From a virus, in UHGV virus genome UHGV-1783573: a DNA stretch of 11,149 nucleotides. One strand, 5' to 3'. Position numbers and translations under genes: made by a program. Below are positions 5,878 to 11,149 of the stretch, piece by piece. The notes beneath the pieces are model-generated. The model was not told where the DNA came from and did not search any database. It saw only the letters and a list, made by a program, of their open reading frames with translations. How positions within the stretch are numbered: position 1 is the stretch's first letter; every line of letters begins with the position of its first letter.

Positions 5878-8076
5878 ATGGCAGAAAAAAAGATGACTGA
5901 CTGGCATCGCAAGGTGCTGTGCAACTTTGATAATGCCTGGTCAGCAACGCAGGATATGCGTGAGCAGATTATTGAGGCTCAACGTTTCGTCCGGGTGTCC
6001 GGCGCACAGTGGGAAGGCAGCACAAACGCTGGTTACTCATTTGATGAAGGCAGGTTTGAGCATTACCCGCGCTTTGAACTGAATAAGATTGCCCGTGAAT
6101 GTGATCGCATCATTGGCGAGTATCGACAGAATCGCATCAGCGTTAAATTCAGGCCGAAGGATGACAAGGCATCGGAAGCGTTAGCCGAAAAGATGAACGG
6201 CAAATTCCGCGCTGATTATCAGGAAACATCCGGTGGCGAAGCGTGTGATAACGCATTTGATGATGCTGTAACGGGCGGATTCGGTTGTTTCCGCATGTGT
6301 GCTGATTACGAAGATGAAATGGATCCGAGTAACGAGCAGCGACGCATCAGCCTTCTTCCTGTTTACGACCCGGCGACATGCGTCTTCTTCGATCAGGACA
6401 GCAAGCAATATGACCGCTCTGATGCTATGTGGGCTATGGAAATGTTCTCCATGACGCCTAAAGCGTTCGAGGCTGAATACCCTGATTCCATCGCGGCAAG
6501 CCTTTCTCGTGATGACACTGGTACTCAGTATGACTGGTCAACGCCTGACGCCATCTATGTTGGACGCTACTACGAAGTCCGCATAGAGAAGGTGAAGCTC
6601 ACAGCATGGCGTAACCCTGTCAGCGGAGAAACGGCAATCTATGATGAAGAGCAAATCAAAGATATTGTCGACGAGCTGACCGATGGTGCATTCGAACTGA
6701 TTGGCGAGCGAACGGTGAAGAAACGCCGAGTTTATTGCGGTCTTCTGTCTGGCGCTGAATGGCTGGAAGAACCGAAGCGTATTCCGGGCGAACATATTCC
6801 TCTCATCCCGGTATATGGGCGTCGTTCATTTGTTGATAATCAGGAGCGAATCGAAGGCCACGCAGCAAAAGCGATGGATGCACAGCGTCTTGAGAACCTG
6901 ATGGTTTCCATGATTGCAGATAACGCCACTCAGGCTGGCGGTGATGGCATTCCTATCGTGGATGTTGATTTCATTCCCGGCCCATTAATGAACCACTGGG
7001 CAGAGAGGAATAAGAAAAGACCTGCAGTTCTTCCTATGACCAGCAAGAAGGACAAAAACGGAACGGTCATTTCAGAGGCTCAGGTTGCTGGCTGGACACC
7101 TCCGACACAAATGCCTCCAGCTCTTGCCGGGCTATTGCAGTACACTGGAACGGCTATTCAGCAAATTACAGGTGCGTCGCAGCTTGAGAACATGCCGAGC
7201 AACGTCGCTACCGATACCGTTGATAGCATCTTTAACCGGATGGACACGCAGTCCTATATCTACATGGACAACATGGCTAAATCCATGCGCCGTGCTGGCG
7301 TCGTGTGGCTTTCTATGGCTCGTGAAGTCTATGGCAGTGATACGCCGATGCGTATCGTTAATGAGGACGGCAGCGATGACGTGGCGCTGATGACTGGTGA
7401 AGTGGTTGACCGTCAGACAGGGCAGGTTATCGCGCTTAATGACCTTTCGCAGGGTAACTATGAAGTGACTGTCGATGTTGGCCAGTCGTTCGCTACTCGC
7501 CGTGATGCAACGGTTAAGTCGTTACTTTCCATGCTGGCACTTATCCCACCGGGAACGCAGAAGCACGACCTTGTATCGTCGATGATTCTCGACAATATGG
7601 ACGGCGAAGGGATGGACGACCTTAAAGAATACAACCGCAATCAGTTGCTTCTGTCTGGCGTTATCAAGCCGAGAACGCCTGAAGAACAGCAGATGGTTGA
7701 ACAGGCGAAACAACAACAGGCCAGTCAGCCAGATCCGGCTATGGTTGCAGCGCAAGGTCAACTTCTTGCTGGTCAGGCTGAATTGCAGAAAGCGCAGAAC
7801 GAACAAGCAGCCATTCAGGTTAAAGCATTCCAGGCACAGACGGATGCTCAGGTTGCTGCGGCAAATGTTGTGAAAATCCTCGCATCTGCCGATAGCCAGC
7901 AAAAATCTGATATCCGTGAGGCGCTGAAACTGCTCGGACAGTTCCAGCAACAGCAAGGAGACAATGCCCGTGCTGATGCAGAGCTTGTCCTGAAAAGTCA
8001 GGCGCAGGGACATGCACAACGCATGGACATCAGCAGCATCCTGCAAAAATCAACTCAGCAACAACCACAGCAGTAA
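5878..8076 (+). CDS. Portal protein (P22 gp1-like) with C-terminal Gln-rich helical barrel extension
   Basis: 732 aa. Multiple blocks alignable by eye to P22 gp1 (e.g. RRVYCGLL...GEHIPLIPVYG vs P22 RRVYKSI...GEHIPIVPVFG; C-terminal PRTPEEQQMVEQAKQQQ...DPAMVAAQGQLLAGQAELQKAQNE...ARADAELVLK...QRMDISSILQ vs P22 PETPEEQQWLVEAQQAKQ...). Starts 1 bp after the terL stop. Confidence 0.95.
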   Translation: MAEKKMTDWHRKVLCNFDNAWSATQDMREQIIEAQRFVRVSGAQWEGSTNAGYSFDEGRFEHYPRFELNKIARECDRIIGEYRQNRISVKFRPKDDKASEALAEKMNGKFRADYQETSGGEACDNAFDDAVTGGFGCFRMCADYEDEMDPSNEQRRISLLPVYDPATCVFFDQDSKQYDRSDAMWAMEMFSMTPKAFEAEYPDSIAASLSRDDTGTQYDWSTPDAIYVGRYYEVRIEKVKLTAWRNPVSGETAIYDEEQIKDIVDELTDGAFELIGERTVKKRRVYCGLLSGAEWLEEPKRIPGEHIPLIPVYGRRSFVDNQERIEGHAAKAMDAQRLENLMVSMIADNATQAGGDGIPIVDVDFIPGPLMNHWAERNKKRPAVLPMTSKKDKNGTVISEAQVAGWTPPTQMPPALAGLLQYTGTAIQQITGASQLENMPSNVATDTVDSIFNRMDTQSYIYMDNMAKSMRRAGVVWLSMAREVYGSDTPMRIVNEDGSDDVALMTGEVVDRQTGQVIALNDLSQGNYEVTVDVGQSFATRRDATVKSLLSMLALIPPGTQKHDLVSSMILDNMDGEGMDDLKEYNRNQLLLSGVIKPRTPEEQQMVEQAKQQQASQPDPAMVAAQGQLLAGQAELQKAQNEQAAIQVKAFQAQTDAQVAAANVVKILASADSQQKSDIREALKLLGQFQQQQGDNARADAELVLKSQAQGHAQRMDISSILQKSTQQQPQQ

Positions 8077-8166
8077 TTAACCCATAACGTGCAATGGCTG
8101 TCTTTATGAGGCCTGGCACCCTATTGCCTTCCGATGGGCTGAACATCGAGTAAACAGGGGTAACAA

Positions 8167-9063
8167 ATGGACCAGATGGCAGAAAACACACCAGAAGTTG
8201 AAATCGAAACCGACGCGTCAGAGCAGATTCCTGATGATGTCGAACTGGCTGAAGAAGTCGAAACAGAAGATGGCAGTGAGTCCTCCGGCAATGATGCAGA
8301 GGAAGCTACTGAAACTGATGACGACGAATCAGAACAGGAATTCTACTTTGGTGACGAAAAGCTGGATTCGCCAACCAGCGAAGATGGCGCTGAGCATGGA
8401 CTGGTAAAACACCTGCGCAAGACGATTAAAGAGAAAGACCGCGAGCTGAAAGAGCTGATGCGTCAGTCCCAGAAACCCGTCGAGCAGCAGCCGGTAATCA
8501 CTCAACCACCGCGAATGCCAAAACTGGATGATGAGGACATCGGTTTTGATGAAGAAATCTACCAGCAACGCATGGCTAAGTGGGCAGAGGATAACGGCAA
8601 ATACCAGGAGCAAGTACGAGAGCGGAAACGAGAGGAAGAGGCGCGTACCGCAACGCTTCAGCAGAAAGCAGCCAATTACATGCATAGAGTAAAAGCACTG
8701 AAAGTGGCTGGTTACCAGGATGCAGAGCAGGCTGTACGCGAAGATGTTCCTGTTCACATTCAGGACATGATCCTTCTTGAGTCAGAGAAGCCGGAAATCG
8801 TTGTTCTGGCACTCGGTCGCAACACTGAACTGCGCAAGCAACTGGCAGAAGCTACCAACCCCGTAGCAATTGGTCGTCTGCTGGAACGTATCGAATCGAA
8901 GGCCAGAATCATGCCAAAAGCAAAAACCACGGCAGCCACAACCCCGACAGTTAAGGGGAGCAACGGCGCAGTAATCAATAACCTCGACAAACTTCTCGAA
9001 AAAGCGCGCGACACCGGTGATTACACCGAATACCGGGCGGCGAAGAACAAAGCTAAAAAATAA
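8167..9063 (+). CDS. Scaffolding protein (P22 gp8 / Sf6 gp4 analogue)
   Basis: 298 aa located between portal and coat. Strongly acidic N-terminal region, helical charged middle, and C-terminal basic helix-turn-helix-like tail (...DTGDYTEYRAAKNKAKK) reminiscent of the P22 gp8 coat-binding domain. RBS AGGGG. Confidence 0.8.
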   Translation: MDQMAENTPEVEIETDASEQIPDDVELAEEVETEDGSESSGNDAEEATETDDDESEQEFYFGDEKLDSPTSEDGAEHGLVKHLRKTIKEKDRELKELMRQSQKPVEQQPVITQPPRMPKLDDEDIGFDEEIYQQRMAKWAEDNGKYQEQVRERKREEEARTATLQQKAANYMHRVKALKVAGYQDAEQAVREDVPVHIQDMILLESEKPEIVVLALGRNTELRKQLAEATNPVAIGRLLERIESKARIMPKAKTTAATTPTVKGSNGAVINNLDKLLEKARDTGDYTEYRAAKNKAKK

Positions 9064-9083
9064 TCCATCGGAGCTAAATACCT

Positions 9084-10343
9084 ATGTCTAACCAGTTAAC
9101 AAAAGACCTCGAAATCCTCTTTGAGAGCGTCATTGATAGTTTTGAGGCGTCCAATGTCGTTTCCCGCGAGTGCAGCAAGTTCCGACCGGGCGACATTGAA
9201 ATGCAGCGCGCTGGCGACGTTGTTTATCGCCCTCAGGGCTACCACCTGAAAACCGTGAGCGGACTTGATCTGACTTCGGCCACTGCAAACTCACTCGTTC
9301 AGCGTCAGGTGCCTGCTCGCTTCCGCGAGCCAGAGAACGTCATCTACGAACTGGACGCAAAAGAAATGCGCGATCCGTGGCACAAAGAGCAGGCTGGCAA
9401 GGCGGCGGGTCGCCAGTTGGCGGCGTGGGTTGATAACATGATCGTCGATGAGGTGGTCGCTCGCTCCACCAACGTGGTCACCATTAAATCGGCGTCCACC
9501 GGTAGCACTCTCGGCGAAGAACTCTGGAACGCATCGGCTGACGTTGATGCAATGATGCTGTCCATTGGTGTGCCTCAGGGTGGTCAGCGCAAGGCGTTCT
9601 ACAACCCGTTCAACTACAAAGACCTGGCTAAGGAGCTTGGCTCTCGCGCATATGCGGTCGGTGCAACTCTGACAGCCTATGAGAAAGCTCAGATTCCACC
9701 TGTGGCATCCTTCGACAGTTTCCGCGTTGATTATGCTGGCGCAATGAAGGCTGGTTCAGCTACCGCTGTAACTCTCGGCGGCGCAGTAGCACATAAAGTT
9801 ACCGCGATGGATTCCAACGGAGCGCCTACCGATAACCGCCAGGGTGATATCACCGTATCCGCTGAGAACGTACTGGCTGTCGGTGATGCATTCACTATCG
9901 AAGGCGTTAACAGTGTCCATATGATCAAGAAGGTGGATACAGGTCAGCCGCAGGTATTCCGCGTCCTGGATGTAAAAGGCACTACCGTTACCATCAGCCC
10001 GAAAATTCTGCCACCAGACAACGCGGATAAGGCGTCTATTCCTTACCAGAACGTTACCGCCAATCCGAAGAATAGCGCGAAGATCAACATCCTCAACAAG
10101 AAGGCTGCGGCTTCCAACATCTTCTTCGCTGAGGGTTCTGTTGAGCTGATGTATGGCAAGTTGGCATTCCCTACCGGCCAGGGTCCGCAGGTTATGACCG
10201 CAACGACCGAGCAGGGTGCGACCATCATCATGGCTTACCAGTTCGACGCTAAATCTGGCAAAACGTGGACTCGCTTCACCACGCTGGCTGGCGCAAGCGT
10301 ACTGGTCCCGGAATTCACCGGCCTGGTACTGGCTAACCAGTAA
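9084..10343 (+). CDS. Major capsid (coat) protein, P22/Sf6-like
   Basis: 419 aa with RBS GGAG, located after the scaffold gene and followed by a strong terminator. Size fits P22-like coat proteins (about 420-430 aa); direct similarity to P22 gp5 is not obvious by eye, more likely the Sf6-type coat. Confidence 0.85.
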   Translation: MSNQLTKDLEILFESVIDSFEASNVVSRECSKFRPGDIEMQRAGDVVYRPQGYHLKTVSGLDLTSATANSLVQRQVPARFREPENVIYELDAKEMRDPWHKEQAGKAAGRQLAAWVDNMIVDEVVARSTNVVTIKSASTGSTLGEELWNASADVDAMMLSIGVPQGGQRKAFYNPFNYKDLAKELGSRAYAVGATLTAYEKAQIPPVASFDSFRVDYAGAMKAGSATAVTLGGAVAHKVTAMDSNGAPTDNRQGDITVSAENVLAVGDAFTIEGVNSVHMIKKVDTGQPQVFRVLDVKGTTVTISPKILPPDNADKASIPYQNVTANPKNSAKINILNKKAAASNIFFAEGSVELMYGKLAFPTGQGPQVMTATTEQGATIIMAYQFDAKSGKTWTRFTTLAGASVLVPEFTGLVLANQ

Positions 10344-10347
10344 TCCA

Positions 10348-10373
10348 AGGGGCTTCGGCCCCTCTTTTTTTTT
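10348..10373 (+). terminator. Strong rho-independent terminator immediately after the coat gene
   Basis: GC-rich stem GGGGC / GCCCC with TTCG tetraloop (10349-10362) followed by a 9-10 nt T-run. Confidence 0.8.
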
Positions 10374-10383
10374 GGAGATCGAA

Positions 10384-10572
10384 ATGTCTCAAATCATGCT
10401 TTATAAGCCGGGATCGATGATCACCTGCGGCCCCCACTCGCTGGATTACATCATCGTTGATGACGAAGAAGTTAAATCTCACCTGAAAAAAGGCTGGGTA
10501 AAAACTCCTGAAGAAACCGCAACGAAGCAAAAAGTGGCTAAGGCGGAAGAAGATGGCGAAAACGAAGGGTGA
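10384..10572 (+). CDS. Hypothetical small protein (62 aa), positional analogue of the small ORF between coat and gene 4 in P22-like phages
   Basis: ATG at 10384 preceded by GGAG. The longer 10216 ORF in the track would span the terminator and overlap the coat gene, so the internal start is preferred. Overlaps the next gene by 20 nt. Confidence 0.5.
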   Translation: MSQIMLYKPGSMITCGPHSLDYIIVDDEEVKSHLKKGWVKTPEETATKQKVAKAEEDGENEG

Positions 10573-11014
10573 TCTCGTTCTAAAGGCTTTACGAAAAGCC
10601 GGGCTGTATTCCAATGCCACGTTGATAGATGCCGACCCTCAGGCAATTGAAGATGCTATTAATGACCTCGAAGACATGATGGCAGCATGGCAGGCGAAAG
10701 GTATCGAGCTTGGATATCAGTTTGCTGATACAGAAAACGGCATCATGCCGTTACCTGACGATGATTCAGGTATCCCTGCATGGGCAAATGATGGCGTCGC
10801 TTTGAAACTCGCTGTGCAAGTGTGCATGGATAACGTCATTCAGCCGTCGGATGCTCTCCTTACCGCTGCTGACAGCACATATCAGACAATCTGCATCGCT
10901 TTAACCAAAATACCACCACTTGAGCGACGAAATGACATGCCTCGCGGGGCGGGGTTAAAAAGCGCGTTTACGTGGAATCGGTTTTACATCGAGAAAGATG
11001 ATCCGAGTACGTGA
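10553..11014 (+). CDS. Head completion / packaged-DNA stabilisation protein (P22 gp4-like)
   Basis: 153 aa. N-terminus MAKTKGDLVLKALRKAGLYSNATLIDADPQAIEDAINDLEDMMAAW aligns by eye with P22 gp4 ([47 protein letters not shown]). Confidence 0.8.
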   Translation: MAKTKGDLVLKALRKAGLYSNATLIDADPQAIEDAINDLEDMMAAWQAKGIELGYQFADTENGIMPLPDDDSGIPAWANDGVALKLAVQVCMDNVIQPSDALLTAADSTYQTICIALTKIPPLERRNDMPRGAGLKSAFTWNRFYIEKDDPST

Positions 11015-11023
11015 GGTGAATAA

Positions 11024-11149
11024 ATGCCGATTCAGCAACTTCCGCTTATGAAAGGTGTCGGCAAAGACTTTCGAAACGCCGACTATATCGACTATCTGCC
11101 AGTGAATATGCTGGCTACGCCCAAAGAAATACTCAACAGCAGCGGATAT
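11024..11149 (+). CDS. Head completion protein (P22 gp10-like), 5' partial; continues beyond window end
   Basis: RBS GAGGTGA. First 42 aa MPIQQLPLMKGVGKDFRNADYIDYLPVNMLATPKEILNSSGY are near-identical to my recollection of the P22 gp10 N-terminus. Truncated by the window edge. Confidence 0.85.
   Translation, partial: MPIQQLPLMKGVGKDFRNADYIDYLPVNMLATPKEILNSSGY

Noticed and set aside
4132-8046. Minus-strand and alternate-frame ORFs inside terminase and portal genes (4132-4392 minus, 4205-4399 plus, 4897-5103 minus, 5290-5583 plus, 5370-5813 minus, 6181-6408 minus, 6538-6795 minus, 7085-7390 plus, 7458-7640 minus, 7522-8046 minus, 7820-8017 minus)
   Set aside because: Fully embedded in long, homology-supported genes; the longest ones coincide with the low-complexity Gln/Ala-rich portal C-terminus, which generates stop-free antisense frames.
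10216-10572. 118-aa ORF from the track beginning inside the coat gene
   Set aside because: It would span the coat stop and the strong terminator hairpin; the internal ATG at 10384 with a GGAG RBS is the plausible start.
8198-10620. Alternate-frame and antisense ORFs within scaffold and coat genes and across the coat/gp4 junction (8198-8407 plus, 8329-8757 minus, 8576-8812 minus, 8760-9014 minus, 9344-9565 minus, 9731-9928 minus, 10043-10231 minus, 10333-10620 minus)
   Set aside because: Overlap strongly supported + strand genes and have no start signals or motifs; judged spurious.

Overview
This window reads as the late region of a mosaic temperate phage or prophage of enterobacteria, with every supported gene on the + strand. 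It opens with three tRNA genes (Thr-UGU, Tyr-GUA, Gly-UCC) whose sequences and spacers look, from memory, like the E. coli chromosomal thrU-tyrU-glyT cluster; the expected thrT and tufB are absent. About 290 bp of inverted-repeat-rich non-coding DNA follows, then a lambdoid phage-21/DLP12/Qin-type lysis cassette: dual-start pinholin, an extra 116-aa ORF, SAR endolysin, and Rz with embedded Rz1. Two tandem intrinsic terminators close the cassette. Downstream are a KilA-N-like gene, two small accessory ORFs, and a P22/Sf6-type packaging and head module: small and large terminase, portal, scaffold, coat, a strong terminator, a small ORF, a gp4-like head completion gene and the start of a gp10-like gene. 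No integrase, Q antiterminator, CRISPR array, IS element or rRNA is visible. All homology statements rest on reading the translations and on recalled reference sequences, not on a database search. The most unusual points are the housekeeping-type tRNA block abutting the late operon, the perfect inverted repeats just after glyT, and the extra gene inserted between holin and endolysin.
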